Part shown: in pieces, positions 25,937 to 35,140 of the stretch
Numbering within the stretch: the stretch's first letter is position 1
How the letters are laid out: each line of letters starts with the position of its first letter
Source of the DNA: Candidatus Methylomirabilia bacterium
GTDB taxonomy: Bacteria; Methylomirabilota; Methylomirabilia; Rokubacteriales; CSP1-6
Direction: 5' to 3'
NCBI GenBank assembly: GCA_041492755.1
Contig: JBGPXN010000030.1
Span: 1 to 36,993, forward strand
DNA: 36,993 bases
Notes under the pieces: generated by a model
The model's input: the letters and a program-made list of their open reading frames with translations, nothing else
Told to the model about the DNA's origin: nothing
Database searches by the model: none
Position numbers and translations under genes: made by a program

Positions 25937-26434
25937 ATGGCGCACGTCATCAAGCGGTATTCGAATCGAAAGCTCTACGACACGGAAGAAAGCCGCTACG
26001 TCACCCTCGACGAGATCGAGGAGATGATCCGCGCCGGCAAGGAGATCGCCGTCGTGGACGCGGCGACCGGCGAAGACCTCACGTCGGTCACGCTCACCCA
26101 GATCATCCTCGAGAACGAGCGCAATCGCCGGACCACGCTGCCGGCGTCGTTTCTGCATCAGCTCATCAAGCACGGCGAAGCCTGGCAGGATGTCGTGCAG
26201 CGCTCGATGAAGTCGAGCCTCGAGAACGTCATGGGCAGCCAGCGCGAGATGGAGCGGGTGTGGCGCGAATGGCAAAGCCGCGCGGGATGGCCGTTCCCGG
26301 CGCGGCCGGACGCCAAGCGCGAAGCGACGCCGGAGCCCGAGGCCGATCGACTACGGGACGAAGTCTCGTCGCTGCGGGAACGCCTGCGTTCGCTGGAAGA
26401 GCGGCTCGAGAAGCGACGCACCGACGCCAAGTAG
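25937..26434 (+). CDS. phaR: Polyhydroxyalkanoate synthesis regulator
   Basis: IKRYSNRKLYDTEESRYVTL and DAATGEDLTSVTLTQIILE (PHB_acc_N signature); coiled-coil tail. Confidence 0.88.
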   Translation: MAHVIKRYSNRKLYDTEESRYVTLDEIEEMIRAGKEIAVVDAATGEDLTSVTLTQIILENERNRRTTLPASFLHQLIKHGEAWQDVVQRSMKSSLENVMGSQREMERVWREWQSRAGWPFPARPDAKREATPEPEADRLRDEVSSLRERLRSLEERLEKRRTDAK

Positions 26435-26444
26435 CGTAGGACAC

Positions 26445-26466
26445 GGGGGAGCGGCGGCCGCCCCCC
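26445..26466. terminator. GC-rich hairpin between convergent phaR and the phasin-like gene
   Basis: GGGGGAGCGGC/GCCGCCCCCC inverted repeat; no U-tract. Confidence 0.35.
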
Positions 26467-26474
26467 GCGGTCGG

Positions 26475-26921
26475 TCAGCTCGCCGCGTAGATTTCCTTCA
26501 TCTTCGTCACCGCCCCCGCGAACGTCTCCTGGATTCCCTTGCCGGCCTGCTCGGCATTGGCCTGCAGCCGCTCGGCGGCGCGAGTCACGGCCTGGCCGGA
26601 TTCCTCGAGAAAGCGAAACGCGCGCTGCGCGCCGCCCACGCCCTCGGCGACCGCCTTCTGACACCACAGGGTAGGATCGGGCGTGGGCTCCGTCCAGGCG
26701 TGCTGGCACCGCGTCGCCGTGCCTTGCGATTCCCGGATGACTTCGATGGCGTTGCGCTGAATCTCGGTGTAGAGGCGGAGGCTCTCCTGGGCCGTCCCCG
26801 ACGACAGCTCGACCAGCTCGCGCATCAGCCGCTGGTTGGCGTCGGCCCACGCGCTCATCGTCTCGATGGTCTTGCCCGCGATCTGCCCGAACAGCTCGTG
26901 CGCCCCGTTCCGCTGATCCAT
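26475..26921 (-). CDS. Hypothetical amphipathic helical protein, probable phasin
   Basis: Ala/Gln/Glu-rich helical 148 aa protein next to phaR; GGAG RBS. Confidence 0.6.
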   Translation of the reverse strand: MDQRNGAHELFGQIAGKTIETMSAWADANQRLMRELVELSSGTAQESLRLYTEIQRNAIEVIRESQGTATRCQHAWTEPTPDPTLWCQKAVAEGVGGAQRAFRFLEESGQAVTRAAERLQANAEQAGKGIQETFAGAVTKMKEIYAAS

Positions 26922-27099
26922 ACTCCCGCTCCTCCGTGGTCCGATCGTTGGTGGTTTCGATCCGGATCGAGCCTAACGCGTCGAGTCAGGAGCCGGCAGA
27001 ACTTTCGCGCGGCGCGTAAAAACGGGCGTGATATGGTCTCGCAAGTAAGCGTCAGTGCACGCATTCCGGCCCGATCGTCGGGGGCGGAGGAGGACAACG

Positions 27100-28896
27100 A
27101 TGGCGGACAGCAGCCTGGCCCAGGTGTTCTGGTCCCGCGTTCAGCGGAGCGCCGATCGGCCGGCTCAGCAGGCCAAGCGCGACGGTGCGTGGCAGACGCT
27201 GACGTGGCGTGAAGTCGGTGACGTCGTGCGCGAGGTGGCGCTTGGTCTCGTCGCGCTGGGCCGGCAGAAGGGCGACGCGGTCGCGCTGCTCTCGACCAGC
27301 CGGGCGGAGTGGACGCAGGCGGACATGGCGATCTTCAGCGCCGGCTGCGTCACCGTGCCGATCTATCCCACGTATCCCGCCGAGCTCATCGCCTATGTCG
27401 TGAACGACTCGCAAGCCCGGACGCTGATCGTCGAGGACGCCGGCCAGCTTGCCAAAGCGCTCGAGGCCCGCCCGAAGATGGACGGGCTCCAGCAGATCAT
27501 CGTGATGACCGGATACGACGCTCGCCAGCCGCCCGAGTACGTGATGACGTGGGACACCCTGCGCCGGCTGGGCCGTGACGCGCGCGCCGCCCACGAGAGC
27601 ACGCTGGCCGAGCGCGTGGCATCGACGAGCGCGCAGGACGTCGCGACGATCGTGTACACGTCGGGGACGACCGGCCCGCCCAAGGGCGTCGTGCAGACGC
27701 ACGGCAACCATCTGGCGGCGTTGCAGGCGAGCGGCCAGGCGACGCCGGTGGAGGAGGGCTGGGTGCACCTTTTGTTCCTGCCACTCGCGCACTCGTTCGC
27801 CCGCCTGGAGTCGTTCCTCGGCGTGCACCACGGACTGGTGACCGCCTTCGCCGAGAACATCGACAAGGTCGGCGACAACCTGCGCGAGGTGCAGCCGCAC
27901 TTCATCTGCAGCGTCCCGCGCGTCTTCGAAAAGGTCTACGCCAAGATCCTGGCCGGCGTGGAGGCGGGGTCGCCGGCGAAGCGGAAGATCTTCCACTGGG
28001 CGTTCGGCGTCGGACGCGAGGTGAGCCGGCGCCAGCAGGCGGGCGAGCCGATCCCGGGCGTGCTCCAGTTCAAGCACCGCCTCGCCCACCGGCTCGTGTT
28101 CGCGAAGCTCCACGCCGCGCTGGGCGGCCGCCTGCGCTGGGCGGTCTCGGGCGGCGCGCCGCTGTCCCGCGACATCGCCGAGTTCTTCCACGCCGCCGGC
28201 ATCCTCATCCTCGAGGGCTACGGCTTGACGGAGACGTGTCCGGTGCTGACCTTCAATTCGCCCGACCGGTTCAAGTTCGGGTCGGTCGGCCGGGCGCTGC
28301 CCGGGGTGGAGCTGAAGATCGCCGCGGACGGCGAAATCCTCGCCCACGGGGCCAACATCGCCACGCGGGGCTACTACAAGCAGGCCCAGGCGACGGCCGA
28401 CGTGTTCGAGCCGAGCGGGTGGTTCCACACGGGCGACATCGGCCACGTCGACAAGGACGGCTTCCTCTTCATCACCGACCGCAAGAAGGACATGATCGTC
28501 ACCGCGGGCGGCATGAACATCGCGCCCCAGAACATCGAAAATCTCCTGAAGACCGATCCGTTCGTGAGCCAGGCGATGGTGTACGGCGACCGCAAGCCGT
28601 ATCCGGTCGCGCTGGTGACCATCAATCCGGAAGAGCTCGTGAAGTTCGCGCGCGAGCAGGGGATCCTTGCCGCCGAGCCTCAAGTGATCGTGAAGCACCC
28701 GAAGATCGTCGAGCGGGTGGAGCGCATCGTGGAAGAAAAGAACACCCAGCTGCAGTCCTACGCCAAGATCAAGAAGTTCGCGGTGCTGCCCGTCGACTTC
28801 ACCCAGGACGGCGGCGAGCTCACGCCGACGCTCAAGGTCAAGCGCAAGGTCGTGACCGAGAAATACCGGTCGGTGCTGGAGGATCTCTACCGGTGA
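27100..28896 (+). CDS. fadD: Long-chain fatty acyl-CoA synthetase
   Basis: YTSGTTGPPKG, LPLAHSF, VPRVFEK, EGYGLTE, TGDIG and LTPTLKVKR motifs; GGAGGAGG RBS. Confidence 0.92.
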   Translation: MADSSLAQVFWSRVQRSADRPAQQAKRDGAWQTLTWREVGDVVREVALGLVALGRQKGDAVALLSTSRAEWTQADMAIFSAGCVTVPIYPTYPAELIAYVVNDSQARTLIVEDAGQLAKALEARPKMDGLQQIIVMTGYDARQPPEYVMTWDTLRRLGRDARAAHESTLAERVASTSAQDVATIVYTSGTTGPPKGVVQTHGNHLAALQASGQATPVEEGWVHLLFLPLAHSFARLESFLGVHHGLVTAFAENIDKVGDNLREVQPHFICSVPRVFEKVYAKILAGVEAGSPAKRKIFHWAFGVGREVSRRQQAGEPIPGVLQFKHRLAHRLVFAKLHAALGGRLRWAVSGGAPLSRDIAEFFHAAGILILEGYGLTETCPVLTFNSPDRFKFGSVGRALPGVELKIAADGEILAHGANIATRGYYKQAQATADVFEPSGWFHTGDIGHVDKDGFLFITDRKKDMIVTAGGMNIAPQNIENLLKTDPFVSQAMVYGDRKPYPVALVTINPEELVKFAREQGILAAEPQVIVKHPKIVERVERIVEEKNTQLQSYAKIKKFAVLPVDFTQDGGELTPTLKVKRKVVTEKYRSVLEDLYR

Positions 28897-29660
28897 CCGA
28901 CTCCCGCGTGCTGGCCGGCCGGGTGGCTCTCGTCACCGGCGCCAGCCGCGGGCTCGGCCGCGCCATGGCGGTGGCGCTCGCCCGCGCGGGCGCCGACGTC
29001 ACCCTCACCGCGCGCTCGAAGCCCGACCTCGAGGAGACGGCGCGCCTGGTCGAGCAGGCCGGCGGCCGGGCGTGCGTCGCGCCCGCCGACGTGACGGTCT
29101 ACGCCGAGATCGAGCGCGCCGTCGAGCAGGCGCGCACCACGCTCGGTCGCCTCGACATCGTCGTCAACAACTCGGGCAAGGCCATCGTCAAGCCGCTCAC
29201 GGAGTGGAGTCCGGGGGAATGGGACGAGCTCTTTCGCATCAACGTCGGGGGTGCGCTCAATGGCTGCCGGGCGGCGGCCGCGCACCTGATCGCGCAGCGC
29301 TCCGGCAAGGTGATCAACGTGGCGTCCATGCTCGGCGCGGTCGGCTTGTCCGGGTACACGGTGTACTCGGCCACGAAGGGCGCGATCATCGCGCTGACGC
29401 GGACGCTGGGCGTCGAGTGGGCGCGCCACAACATCCAGGTGAACGCCATCGCGCCCGGCTGGTTCGCGACCGACATGTCGGCGCCCGCGTTCGATTCCGG
29501 CGATAGCCGTCTCGCCGAGCGACTGCTTCGCGACGTTCCGGCCCGGCGCCGGGGCCGCACCGAGGAGATCGGCCCGCTGGCCGTCTACCTTGCGTCGTCC
29601 GCCTCGGACTTCATGACGGGTCAGACGCTCTTTCTCGACGGCGGCCATACCGCGCGCTGA
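28893..29660 (+). CDS. SDR oxidoreductase (gluconate 5-dehydrogenase/KduD-like)
   Basis: TGASRGLG, YSATK and EWARHNIQVNAIAPGWF motifs; GTGA coupling to fadD. Confidence 0.88.
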   Translation: MTDSRVLAGRVALVTGASRGLGRAMAVALARAGADVTLTARSKPDLEETARLVEQAGGRACVAPADVTVYAEIERAVEQARTTLGRLDIVVNNSGKAIVKPLTEWSPGEWDELFRINVGGALNGCRAAAAHLIAQRSGKVINVASMLGAVGLSGYTVYSATKGAIIALTRTLGVEWARHNIQVNAIAPGWFATDMSAPAFDSGDSRLAERLLRDVPARRRGRTEEIGPLAVYLASSASDFMTGQTLFLDGGHTAR

Positions 29661-29750
29661 GACAACGTCACAGGCGAGAGATGGTAACTAGCTTATCCAT
29701 AACATGTAAATGACACTAAAGCCGTGACGACTTGCGGACGTCGCCACCCC

Positions 29751-29798
29751 GAGCGATTGCGAGCGGCGGGGTGGCGGCGGCGGAGGCCGGCGTGCGAA
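29751..29798 (-). repeat. Degenerate REP-like repeat, copy D
   Basis: Shares GAGCGATTGC...GCCGGCG..CGAA ends with copy A. Confidence 0.45.
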
Positions 29799-29835
29799 GT
29801 TGCTGCCAGCGTATTCCCTCAAGTAGATTGGCGGC

Positions 29836-30852
29836 GTGAAGGCGGCTATCCTGCACGGCCCGAAGGATCTCCGGGTGGAGGTCACCCCGGATCCTGCCGT
29901 TGGGCTCGGCGAGGCGGTGGTCTCGGTCGGGCTGGCGGGGCTGTGCGGCACCGACTATCGCATCTGGAGCGGAGACCGTCCCGTCGCCTATCCGCGTGTA
30001 ATGGGGCACGAGCTCGTGGGCCGTGTCGCCAGCGTCGGTGGCGACGTCACGCGCGTTCGGATCGGCGATCGCGTGGTGGTCGAACCCAACTATTCGTGTG
30101 GTCACTGTCCCCTGTGCCTCGAGGGTAATCGCAACCTCTGCTTTCAGCGGACAACCGTCGGCATCGACGTCGACGGCGGCTTCGCGGAGCGCGTGCGCGT
30201 TCCCGAGCGCTGCTGCTGGCCCATCCCCGCCGAAACGATGGACGCCGACGTGTTGCTCTGTGAGCCGCTCGCCGTGGTCGTACGCGCCGTCGATCGCGGG
30301 ACGCCGCGGCCCGGCGAAACGGTGGCCGTGCTGGGCGCCGGGACTCTGGGGCTCCTCGCGCTCCAGGTCCTTCGCAGTCGGGGCGTTCGGGTCCTCGTCG
30401 TCACGCGCACGGCAAAGCGCCTGGACCTGGCCCGGAGCCTGGGCGCCGATGGCGTGCACACGCTCGCCGACGGGCCCGCCGACGTCGCCGCGCGCCAGTT
30501 CTCCGGCCGCGAAGGCCTCGACCTCGTGGTGGAGACGGCGGGGACGCCGGAAGCCGTCGGGCATGCGCTGGCGCTGGTGCGTCCGGGCGGGCGAATCGTC
30601 CTCACCGGGCTGCCCCACGAACCGAGCACGGTGTCGTTCTTCTCGGTCGTGCGGCGTGAGGTCACGATCACCGGCTCGATGATCTACCAGCAGGAGTTCC
30701 CGGAAGCGCTCCGGCTGCTCGCCGCGGGAACGGTGCAGACGCGGCCGCTGGTGACGCATCGATTCTCGCTGGACGCCATCGGCGAAGCATTTGCCGCGCA
30801 CCGCGACCCGAGCTCCATCAAGGTCGCCATTGCTCTGGAGGGGGCTCGCTGA
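29836..30852 (+). CDS. Zn-dependent alcohol dehydrogenase (sorbitol/threonine dehydrogenase-like)
   Basis: GLCGTD, GHE, CxxCxxCx7C and GAGTLG motifs; TAGATT 6 nt upstream of the GTG. Confidence 0.92.
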   Translation: MKAAILHGPKDLRVEVTPDPAVGLGEAVVSVGLAGLCGTDYRIWSGDRPVAYPRVMGHELVGRVASVGGDVTRVRIGDRVVVEPNYSCGHCPLCLEGNRNLCFQRTTVGIDVDGGFAERVRVPERCCWPIPAETMDADVLLCEPLAVVVRAVDRGTPRPGETVAVLGAGTLGLLALQVLRSRGVRVLVVTRTAKRLDLARSLGADGVHTLADGPADVAARQFSGREGLDLVVETAGTPEAVGHALALVRPGGRIVLTGLPHEPSTVSFFSVVRREVTITGSMIYQQEFPEALRLLAAGTVQTRPLVTHRFSLDAIGEAFAAHRDPSSIKVAIALEGAR

Positions 30853-30853
30853 C

Positions 30854-31666
30854 ATGGCGTACGCCATCGTCAACAAGATCCGGATGCATTACGAGATCGC
30901 CGGGCAGGGCGATCCCGTGCTGATGATCAACGGGCTCTCCGCGCCGGCGGCGAACTGGGCGCTCCAGGTCAAGGCGCTCGCCCCGCATTTCCAGGTGGTG
31001 ACCTTCGACAACCGGGGGGTGGGGGAAACTGACCTGCCCGGCGATCCGGTCTACACGATGGCGCAGCTCGCCGACGACGCGGCCGCGCTGCTGCGCCAGC
31101 TCAAGCTCGCCCGCGCCCACGTGGTGGGGGCGTCCATGGGGGGAACGATCGCCCAGGAGCTGGCGCTGCGGCATCCGACCCTGGTGCGCTCGCTGGCGCT
31201 CGCGTGCACGTGGGCGCAGGGTGACGCGCGTTTCCTGCACACGATCGAAGCCTGGATGGCGCTCGCCTACCGGGTGCCCATCGAAGAGCGCTATCGCTAC
31301 GTGCTCTACCCGTGGATCTTCAGCCCGGCCTTCTTCGAGAAGAAGGAGAACATCGAGACGGCGTTCCAGCGCTCGCTGGCCTATCCGCACCAGACCAAGG
31401 CCGAGGCGATCGAGCGCCAGGCGCGCGGGATCCTCGCCTGGAACGGCACCCGCGTGAAGCGGCTGGGCGCGATCAAGGTGCCCACGCTGGTCATGGTCGG
31501 GAAGGACGACATCCTCACGCCGCTCCAGTTCTCCAAGGACCTCGCGCGGCTCATCAAGCGTGCCAGGCTTGCCGTCCTTCCGGGCGGTCACGGCTTCTTC
31601 GTCGAGCACGCGGACGTGTTCAACCGCACGCTGGTTCGCTTTCTGCGCGGCGTCCGCTCACGCTGA
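30854..31666 (+). CDS. Alpha/beta hydrolase (enol-lactonase-like)
   Basis: DNRGVG, GASMGG, GKDD and GGHGF motifs. Confidence 0.9.
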   Translation: MAYAIVNKIRMHYEIAGQGDPVLMINGLSAPAANWALQVKALAPHFQVVTFDNRGVGETDLPGDPVYTMAQLADDAAALLRQLKLARAHVVGASMGGTIAQELALRHPTLVRSLALACTWAQGDARFLHTIEAWMALAYRVPIEERYRYVLYPWIFSPAFFEKKENIETAFQRSLAYPHQTKAEAIERQARGILAWNGTRVKRLGAIKVPTLVMVGKDDILTPLQFSKDLARLIKRARLAVLPGGHGFFVEHADVFNRTLVRFLRGVRSR

Positions 31667-31685
31667 TCGTCCGCCCCGCTCCGGC

Positions 31686-31788
31686 ATGAAGCTCGCCGGC
31701 AGGACCGCCATCGTCACGGCTACCCGCGAGCGGCCGACGCCTTCGTCAATGGCTGCGTCCCGTCGTGAGTGGCCGGGGCGCAGCATGA
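31686..31788 (+). pseudogene. Internally deleted SDR remnant
   Basis: MKLAGRTAIVT (SDR N-terminus) joined to ADAFVNG.V (SDR-like C-terminus in another frame). Confidence 0.5.
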
Positions 31789-31805
31789 CCGCTCGGCGCG
31801 CGTAG

Positions 31806-32687
31806 ATGGCGACGGCCTGGATCTCGTTGGCGTTGGTCGCCGCGCTCTGCCAGGTGTTGCGCAACACCGTCATGAAGCGGCTGGGCCACGCGCTCGACGA
31901 GTACATCAACGTCTGGGGGCGCTTCACCTTCCTGCTGCCGTTCGCGTTGATCGCGAGCCTGCTCAAGGGGTGGCCGGCCATCCGTCCCGGCTTCGTCGGG
32001 TGGTGCGTGCTCTTCGGCGCCTGCCAGACGGTGTCGACGCTGGCCCTGTCCAAGGCGCTGAAGCTTTCCGACATCTCGCTGGTGACCGCGCTCTGGAAGG
32101 TCAGCCTCCTCGTGCTGCTCGCAATGGCGTACGTCACGATCGGCGAGCGGCCGAGCCTGCTCGGGGTGGCCGGCGTCCTGCTGAGCGCGGCTGGCGTGTA
32201 TCTGCTCAACGTGTCGCGCGCGCGGATCTCGCCGTGGGCGCCGCTGGCCGTGCTCCTCACCGATCGCGGCCAGCGCTACACGCTGCTCGCCGCGCTCTTC
32301 TACGCGCCGTCCGTGATCACCATCAAGCAGGCGATCCTCGCCTCCGACGCCCCGACCGGCACGCTCGGCGGTTATGCGGCGGCGAGCCTCATGGTGACGC
32401 CGCTCGCGCTCGTCACGTCGGGCCGTCACTTCCCCGCGGTGCCGCGGTACTGGAAGGAGTTCGGGGCGCTCGGCCTCTTCGCCGCGCTCACGACCATCAC
32501 CCAGGGCGTCGCCTACACGCTCACGCTCTCGTCCTACGTCGAGGCCGTGAAGCAGGTGGAGATTCTCTTCGCGATGGCGATCGGCGTCGTGGTCTTCGGC
32601 GAGCAGCAGCGGGTGCGGGAATCCGCGTCGGGCGCCGTCGTGATGCTGGCCGGCATGGTGCTGCTGGCCCTGGCGACCGGCCGCTGA
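31806..32687 (+). CDS. DMT/EamA family transporter
   Basis: About 10 TM helices in two repeats; KALKLSDISLV, IGE..S and VVFGE motifs. Confidence 0.85.
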   Translation: MATAWISLALVAALCQVLRNTVMKRLGHALDEYINVWGRFTFLLPFALIASLLKGWPAIRPGFVGWCVLFGACQTVSTLALSKALKLSDISLVTALWKVSLLVLLAMAYVTIGERPSLLGVAGVLLSAAGVYLLNVSRARISPWAPLAVLLTDRGQRYTLLAALFYAPSVITIKQAILASDAPTGTLGGYAAASLMVTPLALVTSGRHFPAVPRYWKEFGALGLFAALTTITQGVAYTLTLSSYVEAVKQVEILFAMAIGVVVFGEQQRVRESASGAVVMLAGMVLLALATGR

Positions 32688-32874
32688 CCGGGGACCGCTC
32701 CACGACCGCTACGGCGCGCGCGTCGGGGGGTGGCCATGGCGCCCGGTTGCTGTCTCGTCCATGCCTACGCTTTGGTCATGGACTGCCTGGTCGAGAGGCA
32801 GATCACCGAATGGTGCTGACCCCGTTTGCCGTCAATCGTGAGTGATCATGGGGTGTTTGGCGTGCGCCCACTTC

Positions 32875-32889
32875 TGGTACGGAGGTTGC
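32875..32889 (+). promoter_or_regulatory. Sigma54 (-24/-12) promoter
   Basis: TGGTACG-GAGG-TTGC with exact GG-N10-GC spacing, upstream of a nitrogen-scavenging operon. Confidence 0.75.
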
Positions 32890-32934
32890 CTCTCCTGGGG
32901 CGCCGTCACAGACATGCCTCCCAAGGAGCCGGAG

Positions 32935-34059
32935 ATGAGCGACCGCGAGGGACGAGTTGACCGCCGTGACGTTCTCAAGCGCCTCGGGATGGCCGCCGCG
33001 GTGGCGGCGCTCCCGTCGCTCCCCCCACGCGCCGCCGCCGCTGACAAGCTCGTCGTCGGCGTGATCTACGTCGGCCCCCGCGACGACTACGGCTACAACC
33101 AGGCGCAGGCGCAGGCGGCGGCGGCCATCAAGAAAATGCCGGGCGTCACCGTGGTCGAGCAGGAGAAAGTCCCGGAGACCACGGACGTGCAGAAGACCAT
33201 GGGCGCAATGATCGAGCAGGACAGCGCCACCCTGTTGTTCCCGACGTCGTTCGGCTACTTCGACCCCCATATTCTCAAGGTGGCGGAGAAGTACGCGAAG
33301 GTCCGGTTTGCCCACTGCGGTGGGCTGTGGACCGAGGGCAAGCACCCGCGGCACGTCGGCAGCTACTTCGGATACATCGACGAGTGCCAGTACCTCAACG
33401 GGATCGTGGCCGCGCGCGCCTCCAAGACGAAGAAGCTCGGCTTCATCGCCGCCAAGCCGATTCCCCAGGTGCTCCGGAACATCAACGCCTTCACCCTCGG
33501 CGCCCGCAGCGTCGATCCGAAGATCACCACCGCGCTGATCGTCACCGGCGACTGGGCGTTGCCCGTCAAGGAGGCGGAGGCGGCCAACAGTCTCATCGAT
33601 CAGGGCGTCGACGTGGTCACCTGCCACGTCGACAGCCCGAAGGTCGTGGTGGAGACGGCCGAGCGCCGCGGGATCTCCGTGTGCGGGTATCACGCCGACC
33701 AGTCCGCGCTGGCGCCTCGCGGGTACCTCACCGGCGCCGAGTGGAACTGGATCACGCCGTACACGACGCACGTCAAGGACGCGATGGCCGGCAAGCCGAT
33801 GGTCAACTTCCTGCGCGGCGGGCTCAAGGAGGGCTTCGTCAAGACGTCCCCCTACGGCAAGGCGGTGGGGGAGCCGGCGCGCAAGGCCGCCGACGCTGTG
33901 AAGGCGCAGATGATGAAGGGCGACTACGTCATCTTCAACGGGCCGCTCAAGGACAACACCGGCAAGACGGTGATCACGGCCGGCACGCAGCAGAAGCAGA
34001 CGGACGTCGCGCTCGAGCAGATGAGCTACCTCGTGGAAGGTGTGATCGGAAAGGTCTGA
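32935..34059 (+). CDS. BMP-family ABC substrate-binding protein with a Tat signal
   Basis: DRRDVLK Tat motif; IYVGPRDDYGYNQA, FPTSFGY and RNINAFTLGA motifs. Confidence 0.9.
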   Translation: MSDREGRVDRRDVLKRLGMAAAVAALPSLPPRAAAADKLVVGVIYVGPRDDYGYNQAQAQAAAAIKKMPGVTVVEQEKVPETTDVQKTMGAMIEQDSATLLFPTSFGYFDPHILKVAEKYAKVRFAHCGGLWTEGKHPRHVGSYFGYIDECQYLNGIVAARASKTKKLGFIAAKPIPQVLRNINAFTLGARSVDPKITTALIVTGDWALPVKEAEAANSLIDQGVDVVTCHVDSPKVVVETAERRGISVCGYHADQSALAPRGYLTGAEWNWITPYTTHVKDAMAGKPMVNFLRGGLKEGFVKTSPYGKAVGEPARKAADAVKAQMMKGDYVIFNGPLKDNTGKTVITAGTQQKQTDVALEQMSYLVEGVIGKV

Positions 34060-34069
34060 CGCCCCCGTC

Positions 34070-35137
34070 GTGACGTTCTCGCGCGCCGGCCGGCTCAGGC
34101 GCGCCGTCGAGGCGTTCGCGATTCCCATGGGAGCGCTGGTCGCGGCGCTGGCGCTCTTCGGACTGTTCATGGCCGCGCTTCGACACGACCCGCTCGAGGT
34201 CTACGCGCTCATCTACCAGGGCGCGTTCGCCAGCGCGTTCGCGTGGCAGAACACGCTGTCGCGCGCGGCCCCGCTCGTGCTCACCGCGCTGTGCGTGGCG
34301 CTGCCGGCGCGCGCCGGCCTGATGGTGATCGGCGGCGAAGGGGCGTTGGTGCTCGGTGGTCTCGCCGCGGCCGGGCTCGGCCACGCGCTCGCGGGTTCGT
34401 CGCCGCCCGTCGTCAAGATCGCGATGGCGCTGGCCGGGATGCTCGCGGGCGCGCTCTGGATCGCGCTGGCCGGGGCGCTCCGACAGTACCGCGGCGTCAA
34501 TGAAACCATCTCCAGCCTGCTCCTGAGCTACGTCGCCCTCGCGGTGTTCAACCACGTCGTCGAGGGGCCGTGGCGCGACCCGGCCAGTCTCAACAAGCCC
34601 TCGACCGCGCCCATCGGTGACCCGAACATGCTGGGAGCGCTCCCGGGGCTCGACGTGCACTGGGGCCTCGGCTTCGGCGTCGTCTTCTGCGTGGCGGCGT
34701 GGATCGTCATGCAGTACACGACCCACGGCTTCGCGCTGCGCATCGTGGGAGGCAATGCGCGGGCGGCGCGGCTCGCGGGCCTGCCGGTGGGAGCGCTCGT
34801 GCTCGGCGCGTGCGGGCTCGGCGGCGCCGCGGCGGGACTGGCGGGGATGGTGGAGGTCGCCGCCGTTCACGGCAGCGCGAACGCCTCGCTGATCGCCGGG
34901 TACGGATACGCCGGCATCATCGTGGCGTTCATCGCGCGCCACCAGCCGCTGGCCATCGTGCCGGTGGCGGTGCTGGTTGGTGGGCTCGCGGCCAGCGGCG
35001 GCATGCTGCAGCGCCGACTCGACCTGCCCGACGCGACGGTGCTCGTGCTCCAGGGGCTCGCCTTCATGGTGATCCTGGCCAGCGAGGCGCTGTATGGACG
35101 GCTGACACCCGCCCCGGCGCCGCCCGGAAGGGCGTGA
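34070..35137 (+). CDS. ABC transporter permease (BPD_transp_2, nucleoside/sugar type)
   Basis: IGGEG, GVNETISSLLLSY, GGNARAA and GYGYAGI motifs. Confidence 0.9.
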   Translation: MTFSRAGRLRRAVEAFAIPMGALVAALALFGLFMAALRHDPLEVYALIYQGAFASAFAWQNTLSRAAPLVLTALCVALPARAGLMVIGGEGALVLGGLAAAGLGHALAGSSPPVVKIAMALAGMLAGALWIALAGALRQYRGVNETISSLLLSYVALAVFNHVVEGPWRDPASLNKPSTAPIGDPNMLGALPGLDVHWGLGFGVVFCVAAWIVMQYTTHGFALRIVGGNARAARLAGLPVGALVLGACGLGGAAAGLAGMVEVAAVHGSANASLIAGYGYAGIIVAFIARHQPLAIVPVAVLVGGLAASGGMLQRRLDLPDATVLVLQGLAFMVILASEALYGRLTPAPAPPGRA

Positions 35138-35140
35138 GCG

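Noticed and set aside
29693..29701. TTATCCATA as a DnaA box or replication origin
   Set aside because: A single mismatched box with no cluster and no origin-associated genes
4432..29798. Palindromic repeats as a CRISPR array
   Set aside because: The copies are dispersed rather than regularly spaced, and no cas genes are present
32690..32934. Riboswitch upstream of the BMP transporter
   Set aside because: No aptamer consensus was recognisable by eye; the sigma54 element explains the region and leaves only a short leader
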